The translations under genes were made by a program, and so were the position numbers. This document shows positions 11,238 to 22,470 of a DNA stretch of 64,000 nucleotides, piece by piece. The stretch is from an uncultured Verrucomicrobiae bacterium. GTDB taxonomy: Bacteria > Verrucomicrobiota > Verrucomicrobiia > Chthoniobacterales > UBA10450. The stretch's first letter is position 1. Each line of letters starts with the position of its first letter. The notes below the pieces were generated by a model. That model made no database searches and had not been told where the DNA came from. It saw only the letters and a list, made by a program, of their open reading frames with translations. The stretch lies in NCBI GenBank assembly GCA_963834385.1, contig CAWIBO010000002.1:160001-224000 (forward strand). Reading direction: 5' to 3'.

Positions 11238-11370
11238 GGAATCAGTCGACAGGATTTACAGGTTTGGGCGGAATGCAATGCGCGAAATGCGCGCTCTTTT
11301 TTGCGTGGCCGTGCATTCCGACGCGGTTTCTGCTCGCAAACCTTCCCGACGGGAATAAGATTTGCCCCCC

Positions 11371-12349
<979 letters not shown>

Positions 12350-12353
12350 CATC

Positions 12354-12911
12354 ATGAAAACGTTCCTCTTCCTCGTCGGTCTCCTTCTTCCGCTCGGCGC
12401 TTTCGCGCAGGGTCAGGAATTCCAACTCACCAAGATCAATCGCGCGCTGATCAGCGCGCCCGATTTCAGCTATACCGGCGCGCAGCAGTACACCACCGAT
12501 CAGCGGGACCGCTGGCTCGAAGTGGAGGCGGAATTTACCGCCGGGCCGGAATGGACCGATGAACTGACCGTCCGGTATTACATCCTCATCGGCGGCAAAC
12601 TGCTCACGGGCGAGGTCACCCACGTCAACATCCCCAAGGGGCGCGACCGCCGCTCGGTGGTCTATGTGGCGCCGCGCACCCTCGCCCGGATCATGGACAA
12701 CAAGCCGCTCCCGCCCAACGCGATTCAGAATATCGCGGTCGAGCTGGTGCAGCAGGGGGCGGTGAAAGCGCAGGGGAGCCTCGATCGGGCTGCGCCCAAC
12801 TGGTATTCCTCCCTGACCCAGGTTCCGGGTTTTGTCCTGAACAAGAGCCAGACGCCTTTCGCGCCCCTTTATTGGAATCGTTACGAGCAGATCAAGGCCG
12901 GTGAGCGCTAA
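12354..12911 (+). CDS. Secreted Amuc_1102-like protein
   Basis: Signal peptide [39 protein letters not shown]; first gene of the pilM-secretin cluster. Confidence 0.7.
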   Translation: MKTFLFLVGLLLPLGAFAQGQEFQLTKINRALISAPDFSYTGAQQYTTDQRDRWLEVEAEFTAGPEWTDELTVRYYILIGGKLLTGEVTHVNIPKGRDRRSVVYVAPRTLARIMDNKPLPPNAIQNIAVELVQQGAVKAQGSLDRAAPNWYSSLTQVPGFVLNKSQTPFAPLYWNRYEQIKAGER

Positions 12912-12951
12912 TCATTCGCCCTGGCCCAGCCTTTGTCCTGAGTAGAAAAAA

Positions 12952-14736
12952 GTGCCCGCGTCCCCCCGCATCCTGACCCTCGATCTCGGCTCGCAGACGA
13001 TCAGTTTCGCCGAGTTCGCCGCGCAGGCGAATGGCGGACTGGTGCTTCACTCCTTCCGGCAGCGCGAGATTCTGGGCGAATCGGCCACGGAAGGGTCGCG
13101 CGTGCCCCAGATCACCGAGACGCTCCGCGAAATCATGGCCGACCTCGGCCTGCGCGACGGCAAGGTGAACTATTCGGTGGGCAGCCAGTCGGTCTTCACC
13201 CGCTTCGTCAAGCTGCCCGCGGTCGACGAGGAGAAGATCGAGCGCATCATCGGTTTCGAGGCCCAGCAGAATGTTCCTTTTCCCATCGACGAAGTGGTCT
13301 GGGACTACCAGCTGGTGGGCGGCGGCGCCGAGGAACAGATCCAGGTCGTCCTCGTGGCGATCAAATCAGAGCTGCTCGAGGGGATCAACGGCGCCATCGA
13401 GGCGGCCGGCCTGCGCACCAGCACGGTGGATGTCGCCACCATGGCGATCTATAACGCCTTTCGTTACAACTATCCCGACCTCGACGGCTGCTCCCTCCTT
13501 ATCGACATCGGGGCGCGCACCACCAACGTCCTCTTCATCGAACCGGGCAAGGTTTTCAGCCGCAGCATCCCCAGCGGCGGCAGCTCCGCCAGCGCCGCCA
13601 TCGCCAAGGAACTGGGCGAACCCTTCGCCGCAGCCGAGTTTCGCAAGAAACGCGAGGGCTTCGTCAGCCTCGGCGGCGCCTACGCCGAGCCCTCTGATCC
13701 CGACATCGCCCGCATCTCCAAGCTCGTGCGCAGCACCATGACGCGCCTGCACGCCGAGCTGATGCGCTCCATCAGCCATTACCGGAGCCAGCAGCAGGGG
13801 GCCGCGCCGGAACGGGTTTTCCTCGCCGGCGGGAGCGCCAGCACCCCATACATGCGTGAATTTTTCCGCGAGAAACTCCAGTTGCCGGTGGAGTTCTTCA
13901 ATCCGCTCCGCAATGTCGCGGTCGCGGACGAAAACCTCGCGGCGCAGGTCTCCCATTCCGCGCATCATCTCGGCGAGGTGGTCGGCCTCGCCCTGCGCCG
14001 GGCCACCACCTGCCCAATTGAGCTGAACCTGGCCCCGGTGGCGGTGGTGCGGGAACAGACCTTTGCGCGCCGCCTTCCCTATCTCGCGCTTGCCGCCGCC
14101 TGCCTCATCCTTGGCCTGGCCGGCTGGGGCCTGTATTTTTCGCGCGCCGCTCATGCCGGCCGGGTCGCGGCCGAGCGGCTCCAGGAAAAAGTGGATGAAA
14201 TGCGCCGGGTCGAGGCCGGCCTGAACAGGGTGAAAAAACAAAACGCCGCCATCGACAGCCTGGCCGCCCCGCTCGTGACCGCGATCGAGGAACGCGATTT
14301 CTGGCCTTTGCTTCTGGAAGATCTGAACGCCCGCTTGCCGCAGGAAAACATCTGGATCACCGAGCTGGCGCCCACTTCAGACGGCGCCCCGGTGGGCGTG
14401 GGCGGGGCGCGGGCGCAGGCCATCCCGGCCGCCGCCACCCCTGCGCCGACGCCCCCACCGACAGGCGGGCCGCGTGGTGCCGTCCGGCCCGGCGCCACCC
14501 CCGCGCCGAAACGAATCAACGGCCTGTTTGTGCGCGGTCTTTATCTTGATAACCCGCGGCAGCAGGAGGTGGTGGTAGATTTCTTTCGCAACCTGGTCGA
14601 TTCCCCGCATTTCCAGGTCGACCCGAACAACCAGGCGGGCGTGCTGCGGCCGAGCACGCCGACCGCGACCGAGTGGGCCTATCCCTACGAGCTCAGGCTG
14701 GAGCTGAAACATCCGATTAATCTTTCCGCCCCATGA
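12952..14736 (+). CDS. pilM: PilM-like actin-fold protein fused to a PilN-like TM/periplasmic part (Amuc_1101-like)
   Basis: LTLDLGSQT, FEAQQNVPFP, LIDIGARTT, LAGG, VGLALR, then ELNL + TM + coiled coil + LNARLPQENIWITEL. Confidence 0.85.
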   Translation: MPASPRILTLDLGSQTISFAEFAAQANGGLVLHSFRQREILGESATEGSRVPQITETLREIMADLGLRDGKVNYSVGSQSVFTRFVKLPAVDEEKIERIIGFEAQQNVPFPIDEVVWDYQLVGGGAEEQIQVVLVAIKSELLEGINGAIEAAGLRTSTVDVATMAIYNAFRYNYPDLDGCSLLIDIGARTTNVLFIEPGKVFSRSIPSGGSSASAAIAKELGEPFAAAEFRKKREGFVSLGGAYAEPSDPDIARISKLVRSTMTRLHAELMRSISHYRSQQQGAAPERVFLAGGSASTPYMREFFREKLQLPVEFFNPLRNVAVADENLAAQVSHSAHHLGEVVGLALRRATTCPIELNLAPVAVVREQTFARRLPYLALAAACLILGLAGWGLYFSRAAHAGRVAAERLQEKVDEMRRVEAGLNRVKKQNAAIDSLAAPLVTAIEERDFWPLLLEDLNARLPQENIWITELAPTSDGAPVGVGGARAQAIPAAATPAPTPPPTGGPRGAVRPGATPAPKRINGLFVRGLYLDNPRQQEVVVDFFRNLVDSPHFQVDPNNQAGVLRPSTPTATEWAYPYELRLELKHPINLSAP

Positions 14737-15635
14737 ATTGGTTTCGCGAAAATCGAGCCCTCGGCATCTTCGCTCTCGCGGGCGGGATCAGCCTGCTCCT
14801 TGCTCTCTATTTTGTCTGGAGCGCGCGGGCCGCGTTTGCGCGGCAAAGCGAACGGCTGAACGAGGCCACGGCGGAATGGAATCGCCTCCAGCGTCTCGAT
14901 GTTTTTCCCAATGACGCCAACCTCCGGATGGTAGAAACGCAGGCGAAGGAATACGGCGCCGCCCTTGAGAACCTGAAAGGGGAACTGGCGGCGCGGACCC
15001 TTCCGGTCACGCCGCTGGCGCCGAACGAATTCCAGGGGCGGCTGCGCGAAGCGGTCACCCGCGTGGCGACCAAGGCGCGCGCGGCCAGGGTGACTCTCCC
15101 GGACAATTTCTTTCTCGGCTTCGACGAGTATGCCTCGGCTTTGCCCGGGGCGGCGGCCGCGCCGCTCCTGGGACAGCAACTCGAGCAGGTGGAACTTCTG
15201 GCCGGACTCATGATCGAGGCGGGCATCAGCGGGCTGACCACGTTCGAGCGGGGAAAATTGCCGGAGGAGGGGGGCGCCGCGCCCACGCCCACCCCGACGC
15301 CGGGACCCCGGCGCGGCCCGGCCCCCGCGACCGCGGGAGTGAAGATGGTTGAGAGCAGCACAGTCCGCGCCTCCTTCGCCGCCAGCCCGACGGCGCTGCG
15401 TCGCGTGATCAACTCCATCGCGGGCGCCGGTCGCCAATTTTACATCGTGCGCACCCTGCATGTCCTAAATGAGAAAGAAGCCGGTCCGGCTCGGGAAGCG
15501 GCGCCCGTCGAGACGCCCGAGGCCGCGCCCGAAGCCGCTGCCACCCCGGCCAGTGTGGCGGGGCTCACCTTTATCGTCGGGACCGAAAAACTGGCGGCGG
15601 ACGTCGCGATTGAGATTCCGCGGTTTAACTTCTGA
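14733..15635 (+). CDS. Amuc_1100-like (PilO-position) membrane-anchored protein
   Basis: MNWFREN + TM, coiled coil, FFLGFDEY, FIVGTEKL; position between pilM/N and the secretin. Confidence 0.72.
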   Translation: MNWFRENRALGIFALAGGISLLLALYFVWSARAAFARQSERLNEATAEWNRLQRLDVFPNDANLRMVETQAKEYGAALENLKGELAARTLPVTPLAPNEFQGRLREAVTRVATKARAARVTLPDNFFLGFDEYASALPGAAAAPLLGQQLEQVELLAGLMIEAGISGLTTFERGKLPEEGGAAPTPTPTPGPRRGPAPATAGVKMVESSTVRASFAASPTALRRVINSIAGAGRQFYIVRTLHVLNEKEAGPAREAAPVETPEAAPEAAATPASVAGLTFIVGTEKLAADVAIEIPRFNF

Positions 15636-16585
15636 TGAACGCGAAAGAGTGGCTCCGGCTTAATTACGATCGCGCCGCGCTGGTGGCGGGCGCGCTTTTT
15701 CTCCTGCTTTCCTCCTTTTTCATCTGGCAGCGCGCCGCCGGTTTTGCCGAGAGTTTTGCCGGCACGCCCGCCGCCGCGGCCGGCCGGAAAACCTCCACCC
15801 TGCCGAGCGCGGGGCGCCTGATCCATTCGCTCGAAAAGATCCGCCAGCCGGCGCAGTGGACCTTCGCCGGGCGCTCCGGTCTTTTCGTCCCGGAACGTCA
15901 TTTCATCTCGGCGAATGGAAGGCCCGCCACCCTGCAAAACACCGAGATTCATCCGCCGGTGCCGAACGCCTGGCTGGAACAATTTTCCCTGCCGATCACC
16001 GATGCCGATGTCCTGGCCCAGGACCCGGACGAGGACGGCTTCACCAACCTCGACGAATGGCAGGGCCGAACCAACCCGACCGAGAAAAACTCGCACCCGG
16101 ATTTCCTGAGCAAACTGAAATTAAAATCGTTTGTGCAGGAACGCTTCCGGCTCGTCTTTTCCTCCTGGGTTGGCGACACCTTCCAGATCAACACCATCGA
16201 CCTGAAGGAACCGACCCAGTTCCTCAAGCTGGGCGATGTCATCCGCGGCACCCGCTTCAAAGTGGTGAAGTTCGAGGAAAAGCGGGCCGCCGATAAATAC
16301 GGGACGGAACAGGACGTCTCGGAGCTGACCCTGGAGCACGAGGGGACCGGCGACCTCCTTCTCCTGGTGAAGGAGAAAGTTTCCATCTCGCCCGAGTCGG
16401 TCGCGAATTTCGTCTATTCCTGGGGGGAACGCCGGGAATTTGCCGTGCGGAAAGACCAGGAATTTTCATTGCCGCCACAGGACCAGATCAGATACAAGCT
16501 GGTGGACGTTCAGCCGGACAAGGCCGTGATCGTCAATGTGCAGAAACCGGAAGAGCGCATTGAGATCGGGCTCCTGGCCGAATAA
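15635..16585 (+). CDS. Amuc_1099-like membrane-anchored protein with Ca-binding-type repeat
   Basis: N-terminal TM; DPDEDGFTNLDEWQGRTNP (thrombospondin type 3-like); directly upstream of the secretin. Confidence 0.7.
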   Translation: MNAKEWLRLNYDRAALVAGALFLLLSSFFIWQRAAGFAESFAGTPAAAAGRKTSTLPSAGRLIHSLEKIRQPAQWTFAGRSGLFVPERHFISANGRPATLQNTEIHPPVPNAWLEQFSLPITDADVLAQDPDEDGFTNLDEWQGRTNPTEKNSHPDFLSKLKLKSFVQERFRLVFSSWVGDTFQINTIDLKEPTQFLKLGDVIRGTRFKVVKFEEKRAADKYGTEQDVSELTLEHEGTGDLLLLVKEKVSISPESVANFVYSWGERREFAVRKDQEFSLPPQDQIRYKLVDVQPDKAVIVNVQKPEERIEIGLLAE

Positions 16586-16607
16586 CCACCGTTTCCCTCC
16601 CCATCCC

Positions 16608-19229
16608 ATGATTCTCTCCCGCACCTGTCTGAAGCTGGGCCTCGTCACCACGCTTATTTCCTTCACCGGCCCGGCCGCGTTCAGCCAGAACGTCGAGCGG
16701 ATCGCGGAACGCGAGATCGAGCGTCGGCAGAACAGCATCTCACAGGGCGAGGCCGCCCTCGGCGTGGCGATGGTGGCTTTGCAGGAAAAGGATTATGCCC
16801 GCGCCTTTGACCAGTATCGCATCGCCCTGGCCCTGATCCCGGCCGGGCACGTGAGCGAACAGCAGCATCGCGCGGCTTTGCAGGGTTACTGTGAAAGCGG
16901 CGTGAAACTGGCCGAGCAGCGGATCGCCGAGGGGAAATACCTCGAGGCGGAACAAATTACCCGCGGCGTCCTCGCGGAGGATCCGCGCTGCCAGCCGGCG
17001 GCCAGCCTCCTGGCGAAGCTGGAACGCCCCGGGCAGATCAACAAGACCATGGGGCCGAAGTTCATCGCCAAGGTCGACGAGGTGCGCAAGCTCCTGGTCG
17101 AGGCCGACGGTTATTACAACACCGGGCGCTACGATCTCGCCTTTAAGAAATACGAGCAGATCCTCAACCTTGATCCCTACAACGCCGCGGCCCGGCGTGG
17201 TCAGGAAAAAATCAACGAGACCAAGATCCGCTACGGCGAAGAGGCCTATAATGAGACGCGTTCGCGCGCCATCTGGCAGGTGCAAAAGGCCTGGGAAAAT
17301 CCGGTGCGCCGCTATGGGCAGACCACCGGGACGGTGAGCGATCCGTTCGGCCAGGATGCCACCGGCACCGCCCGAATCACCAACAAGCTGAACAATATTA
17401 TCATCCCGCGCATCGAGTTCCGCGACGCCAGCATCCGGGAAGCGATCGATTTTCTCCGGCAACAGGCGGCCGCGAACGATCCGGCGGAGGATGGACGCCA
17501 GGGCGTCGATATCGTGCTCCGGTTGCAGACACTCGGCAGCCCCTCTGCGCCGGCCGGGCTGCCGCCCGCGGCCACCCTCGATCCCGCTGCGCCCGCGTTG
17601 GGAGGCGATCCGCTTGCCCCTGTTCCTTCCGTGCCCGCTCCCGTGATACCTTCCGGCCCGGCCATCTCGCCCGCGGACGCGCGCATCACCATCACCTTGA
17701 ACCAGATTCCGCTCGGGGAAGCTCTGCGTTACATCGCCAGCCAGGCCGGTCTGAAAGTGAAAGTGGAGCCGTTCGCTGTCTCCATCATCCCGATCAGCGA
17801 ACAAAGCGCCGACCTGATCACGAAGGAATATCGGGTGCCGCCCGGTTTCATCACCGGCACGCTGAACATTGGCGCCACCACCCTGGGCGCGCCGGCGGCG
17901 AGTGGAGGTCTCGGTGGCGGCACGGCCAAGGACACCCAGGAATCGACCGGCGGTCGGTCGTTGGTCAACCGCGAAGGGGCCAAGGAATTTCTGGAAGGGC
18001 AGGGGGTTCCGTTCCCACAGGGGGCGAGCGCCAATTTCCTGCCGCAGAGCAGCCGCCTGATCGTGCGCAACACGGCGGAGAACCTCGATCTGGTGGACGC
18101 GCTGGTGGAGCAGGCCGCCGTGGCGGGACCGCGACAGGTCGAGATCGAGGCGAAGTTCGTCGAGGTGAACCAGAACAATTTGAAGGAGCTGGGGTTCGAC
18201 TGGCTGCTGGGCCAGTTTAACATCGGCAATGAACGCGTTTTCGGCGGTGGCGGCACCTCCGGCACCGCGCCCGGGATTGATGCGGCGGATTATCCCTTTG
18301 TGCAGCCGAACGGGCAGCCCGTCGGCCAGAACCCGGTGACGGCGGGGAATCGCAGCGGCAACATTGCCATCAGCGCCAACGCCATCGACGCGCTGCTCTT
18401 CGGCACGCAGGGGGCAAGCGCGCTGGCGCCCGGCCTCTTCGGCTTGAGCGGTGTTTTCACCGATCCGCAGTTCCAGTTGGTGGTGCGCGCTCTGAATCAG
18501 AAGAAGGGAATCGATCTTCTGTCCGCACCCAAGGTCACGACCAAGAGCGGCCAGCGCGCGGTCATCGAGATCGTGCGCGAGTTTCGTTATCCGACCCAGT
18601 TTGATCCGCCGCAGATCCCGCAGCAGTTCGGCAGTCTGAACCAGTCGACTCTGCAGGCCGGCCAGGCGCAGGGGGCGAGCGCTTTCCCGGTTACACCAAC
18701 GACGCCGACAGGGTTCGAGACACGCAACACCGGTGTGATGCTGGAGGTGGAGCCGGTGGTGGGCCCGGACGGCGTCACCATCGATCTGAACCTTGTCCCG
18801 CAGGTGGTGGAGTTCGAGGGCTTCATCAACTATGGCAGCCCAATCCAGACGGTTTCCACGAATCTGCTCGGCGTGGCCCAGACGAATGTGCTTACGCCCA
18901 ACGTGATCAACCAGCCGATCTTCAGCTCGCGCAAGGTGACCACCAGCGTGCAGGTCTGGGACGGCCAGACTGTCGTGCTCGGCGGGTTGATGCGCGAGGA
19001 TGTGCAGAAGGTGGAGGACAAAACCCCGCTGCTCGGCGACATCCCGCTGGTAGGCCGTCTTTTCCGGTCCAACGTCGACCAGCACATCAAGCGTAACCTG
19101 GTGATTTTCGTGACGGCACGGCTGGTCGATCCGGCCGGGCAGCCGATCAACCTGCAGGAAGAGCAGGAGGAAATTGAGACCCTGCTGGAACCGCCGCCGC
19201 TGCCGGAGGTTCCCATGTACAAGAAATAG
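16608..19229 (+). CDS. Outer-membrane secretin (PilQ/GspD family, Amuc_1098-like) with N-terminal TPR region
   Basis: QVEIEAKFVEV, LLSAPKVTT, GVMLEVEP, TVVLGGL, KTPLLGDIPLVGRLFRS, RNLVIFVTARLV. Confidence 0.93.
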   Translation: MILSRTCLKLGLVTTLISFTGPAAFSQNVERIAEREIERRQNSISQGEAALGVAMVALQEKDYARAFDQYRIALALIPAGHVSEQQHRAALQGYCESGVKLAEQRIAEGKYLEAEQITRGVLAEDPRCQPAASLLAKLERPGQINKTMGPKFIAKVDEVRKLLVEADGYYNTGRYDLAFKKYEQILNLDPYNAAARRGQEKINETKIRYGEEAYNETRSRAIWQVQKAWENPVRRYGQTTGTVSDPFGQDATGTARITNKLNNIIIPRIEFRDASIREAIDFLRQQAAANDPAEDGRQGVDIVLRLQTLGSPSAPAGLPPAATLDPAAPALGGDPLAPVPSVPAPVIPSGPAISPADARITITLNQIPLGEALRYIASQAGLKVKVEPFAVSIIPISEQSADLITKEYRVPPGFITGTLNIGATTLGAPAASGGLGGGTAKDTQESTGGRSLVNREGAKEFLEGQGVPFPQGASANFLPQSSRLIVRNTAENLDLVDALVEQAAVAGPRQVEIEAKFVEVNQNNLKELGFDWLLGQFNIGNERVFGGGGTSGTAPGIDAADYPFVQPNGQPVGQNPVTAGNRSGNIAISANAIDALLFGTQGASALAPGLFGLSGVFTDPQFQLVVRALNQKKGIDLLSAPKVTTKSGQRAVIEIVREFRYPTQFDPPQIPQQFGSLNQSTLQAGQAQGASAFPVTPTTPTGFETRNTGVMLEVEPVVGPDGVTIDLNLVPQVVEFEGFINYGSPIQTVSTNLLGVAQTNVLTPNVINQPIFSSRKVTTSVQVWDGQTVVLGGLMREDVQKVEDKTPLLGDIPLVGRLFRSNVDQHIKRNLVIFVTARLVDPAGQPINLQEEQEEIETLLEPPPLPEVPMYKK

Positions 19230-19304
19230 CCGGCGCCGGACGTCGGGAGGCTGTGCGCGCAGAAGGGCGAGCGCGCGAGGGAAAGGGGGGTCTTTTTTGG
19301 ATTT

Positions 19305-19910
19305 ATGCCTGTGATCGGAATCACCGGGGGCATCGCCACCGGCAAGACAAGTTTCCGGGAGGAACTGCGGGCCCGGCTCCCGGGCGCGCTCTTCTTTGAT
19401 GCCGACGCCCGGGCGCGTGAGCTGACCGCGCACGACGAGGAGGTGCGGCAGGAAATCCGGGAGCAATTCGGCGCCGGCGTCTTTTTCCCAACTGGGGAGT
19501 TGAATCGCAGCGCTCTGCGTTCGATAATACTGGGCAGCGCGGCCAGGAAGGCAGCGCTCGAAAACATCCTGCACCCCCGCATCCGCCAAAGCTGGCGGTC
19601 CCAATCGGAACCGCGGCGGCATGGACCCGAATTTTTTGTGGCTGATATTCCTCTTCTTTTTGAAACCGGCGGCGAGACGCTCTGCGACCGCGTGGTCGTG
19701 GTCGCCTGCACCGCTGCCCGACAGCTGGAACGGCTCTTGCAGCGTTCGCCTGCGCTCGACCGGGCCACGGGCGAACAAATGATTGCCGCGCAGATGCCGC
19801 TTTTTGAAAAGGTCGGCCGGGCTGATCATGTCGTCTGGAACAATGGCGGTCCGGACACGCTCGCGGACCAGGCTGCCCTGCTCGTCGGCGCCTGGAGGAG
19901 GGGATCGTGA
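19305..19910 (+). CDS. coaE: Dephospho-CoA kinase
   Basis: IGITGGIATGKT, DAD, LENILHPRI, DIPLLFE. Confidence 0.93.
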   Translation: MPVIGITGGIATGKTSFREELRARLPGALFFDADARARELTAHDEEVRQEIREQFGAGVFFPTGELNRSALRSIILGSAARKAALENILHPRIRQSWRSQSEPRRHGPEFFVADIPLLFETGGETLCDRVVVVACTAARQLERLLQRSPALDRATGEQMIAAQMPLFEKVGRADHVVWNNGGPDTLADQAALLVGAWRRGS

Positions 19911-21262
19911 GCGACGCGCCCGTCGCCGTGGCGCCACCGCCCGAGCCGGGCGAAGAGCAGTCGGCAAAAACTCCCTACGAGGCGCCTCCCTCCCCGGTGG
20001 TGCCGGAGAAGCTCGACCTGAACGAACTGCAATCGCTTTCGCAGGAGGAGTTCCAGAAGTTTTGCGACAACCTGAACTTCCGCATCCGCGGCGGGGCCTC
20101 ACGTCACTTCCAGATCCTGGACCTGGTCCGCTTTGCCCTGGCCCGCGGGGCCGCCGTCATGGTGGAAGGGTTCCTCGAGCAACGCGACGAGGGCGCGGGT
20201 CTCCTGCGTTCGCCCCGCCTCAATTTTCTCTCGGTCCCGGAGGACGTCTGCGTTCCGCGTCCCGTGATCCAGCAGAACAAGCTTCGGCCCGGGCAAAAAA
20301 TCGGCGGAAAGCTCCGCCTCCCGCGGGACCGCGAAAAATTCCTCGTGCTCGACGAGGTGACGACGATCGAGGGAATGCCCGCGGCGCAGTGGGAGGAACC
20401 GACCGCCTTTGACAACCTGACCCCGGAATACCCGGAAGGGCGCATCATCCTGGAGAACACGGTTACCAACTCACTCAGCGCCCGCGCGGTTGACCTGCTG
20501 ACGCCGCTCGGGCGCGGGCAGCGCGGCCTGATCGTGGCCCCGCCGCGCGTCGGGAAAACGATCATGCTGAAGGAGATCGCGAAGGCCATCCGGGTCAACC
20601 ATCCCGAGATGATCCTGATTCTCCTGCTGGTGGACGAGCGCCCGGAGGAGGTGACCGACCTCAAGCGCGAGGTCGATTGCGATATTTACAGTTCCACCTT
20701 TGATGAAAGCTCGCTGCGCCATGTGCAGGTGGCCGAGCTGGTCCTGGAACGGGCCAAACGTTTGGTCGAGATGAAAAAGGATGTCATTATCCTGCTCGAT
20801 TCCATTACGCGCATGGCCCGCGGTTACAATTCGCTCCAGCCGGGCAAGGGCCGGATCATGTCGGGCGGCGTGGAGGCCAAGGCGCTCCTGAAGCCCAAGA
20901 AATTTTTCGGTGCGGCCCGCAACGTGACCGAAGGCGGCAGCCTCACCATCCTGGCCACGGCCCTGATCGAGACGGGCAGCCGCATGGACGAGGTCATTTT
21001 CGAGGAGTTCAAGGGCACCGGGAACATGGAGCTGCACCTCGACCGCTCGCTCGTGGAGAAACGGCTTTACCCCGCCATCCACGTGGCCCAGTCCGCCACC
21101 CGGCGCGAGGAATTGCTTTATCACCCCGACGAATGGGAGCGGGTGAAGCTCCTCCGCAAAACCATGGCGGCCGTCCCGCCGATCGAGGCCATGGAGGTCC
21201 TGATCAAGAATCTGCAGGCGACAAAAACCAACGCCGAGCTTTTGCTCAGCGGACTGCGCTGA
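19907..21262 (+). CDS. rho: Transcription termination factor Rho (divergent RNA-binding domain)
   Basis: [50 protein letters not shown]. Confidence 0.93.
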   Translation: MSDAPVAVAPPPEPGEEQSAKTPYEAPPSPVVPEKLDLNELQSLSQEEFQKFCDNLNFRIRGGASRHFQILDLVRFALARGAAVMVEGFLEQRDEGAGLLRSPRLNFLSVPEDVCVPRPVIQQNKLRPGQKIGGKLRLPRDREKFLVLDEVTTIEGMPAAQWEEPTAFDNLTPEYPEGRIILENTVTNSLSARAVDLLTPLGRGQRGLIVAPPRVGKTIMLKEIAKAIRVNHPEMILILLLVDERPEEVTDLKREVDCDIYSSTFDESSLRHVQVAELVLERAKRLVEMKKDVIILLDSITRMARGYNSLQPGKGRIMSGGVEAKALLKPKKFFGAARNVTEGGSLTILATALIETGSRMDEVIFEEFKGTGNMELHLDRSLVEKRLYPAIHVAQSATRREELLYHPDEWERVKLLRKTMAAVPPIEAMEVLIKNLQATKTNAELLLSGLR

Positions 21263-21275
21263 GCAAGAGTCACGG

Positions 21276-22466
21276 ATGACGAAGGCGGAATACGAGGAAC
21301 TGACCCGGGCGCGCGCGGAGGGTCGCGAGATCCCGCCGCCTCCACCGCGCCCGCAACCCGAGGAGGAGGAAGTCTCCTCCACCCCGGCTCCGCCGCTCCT
21401 GGGCAGCGACGACGCCCTAGCGGAAATTCTGCCTCGGTTCGCGCCGCATGATCGCATCGCCATCGATACCGAGGCCGACAGCCTCCACTGTTATTTCGAG
21501 AAACTTTGCCTGCTCCAGATCAGCATTCCCGGGGAGGACTTCCTGGTGGACCCCTTGGCGGAGGTGAACCTGGCGCCGCTGGCGCAAAGCCTGGCCGACA
21601 AGGAACTGGTGGTGCAGGGGGCTGATTTTGATCTGCGCCTGATGCGCCGCAGTTTCGGGTTTGTCGCTTCGCGGGTGTTCGACACCGTGATCGCGGCCCG
21701 TGTTCTTGGTCTGCGCCAGTTCAGCCTCGCCGCCCTGGTGGAACAATATTTCGGGGTGGTCCTGACCAAGGGTTCGCAAAAAGCGAACTGGGCCCAGCGG
21801 CCGCTCCCCAACCGCATGGCGGAGTACGCCATCAACGACACCCATTACCTGCTGCCGCTGGCCGAAAAACTGGAGGCCCAGATGGTGGAAGCGGGCCGGA
21901 TCGAGTGGTTCCGGCAATCATGCGAGCGCGTCCTCCAGGGCGCCGGCATCGACCGGGAACGCGACCAGGAAGATCTTTGGCGCATCTCCGGCGCGGGCAC
22001 CCTGCGCGGACGGGCCGCCGCGGTCCTGCGCGCCCTCTGGCATTGGCGCGACCAGGAAGCGCGCACCGCCGACCGGCCCTCCTTTCATATCCTGCAAAAT
22101 TCGCAGCTCATCGAAGCGGCCAAAAGCTTTGTCGCCGGGGAGGAACCGCACTTCCGCCATATGTCGTCGCGGCGTCGCCGCGAGTTCATTGCCGCCGCCC
22201 AGTCCGCCCTTGCCCTTCCGGAGGAGGAATGGCCGGCGGCGCCTGCGCGCCGCGGCGTGCGCGCCACTCCCGAGGCGGAGAAACGGGCGCGCGACCTGAT
22301 GACGCGGCGCGACAAGGTCGCGACCGAACTTGGGATTGAGCCCTCCTTCATCGCGCCGCGGGCCACGCTCGAGGGCATCGGCAGCGACGAGAGCCGCGCG
22401 GAAACGCTTGTTCCCTGGCAGCGCGAGCTCCTCGGCTTGACGTCGTCCGTGGGCTCGCCCAAGTGA
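21276..22466 (+). CDS. rnd: Ribonuclease D (DEDD exonuclease + HRDC)
   Basis: IAIDTEADS, LCLLQI, FDT, W..RPL, YAINDTHYL, LWHWRDQEAR. Confidence 0.88.
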   Translation: MTKAEYEELTRARAEGREIPPPPPRPQPEEEEVSSTPAPPLLGSDDALAEILPRFAPHDRIAIDTEADSLHCYFEKLCLLQISIPGEDFLVDPLAEVNLAPLAQSLADKELVVQGADFDLRLMRRSFGFVASRVFDTVIAARVLGLRQFSLAALVEQYFGVVLTKGSQKANWAQRPLPNRMAEYAINDTHYLLPLAEKLEAQMVEAGRIEWFRQSCERVLQGAGIDRERDQEDLWRISGAGTLRGRAAAVLRALWHWRDQEARTADRPSFHILQNSQLIEAAKSFVAGEEPHFRHMSSRRRREFIAAAQSALALPEEEWPAAPARRGVRATPEAEKRARDLMTRRDKVATELGIEPSFIAPRATLEGIGSDESRAETLVPWQRELLGLTSSVGSPK

Positions 22467-22470
22467 GCTG

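Noticed and set aside
16740..20102. 1120-aa minus-strand ORF, and similar long antisense ORFs such as 57769-59442, 59549-61579 and 49460-51172
   Set aside because: Shadow ORFs opposite well-supported genes; expected in high-GC DNA and showing no protein motifs.
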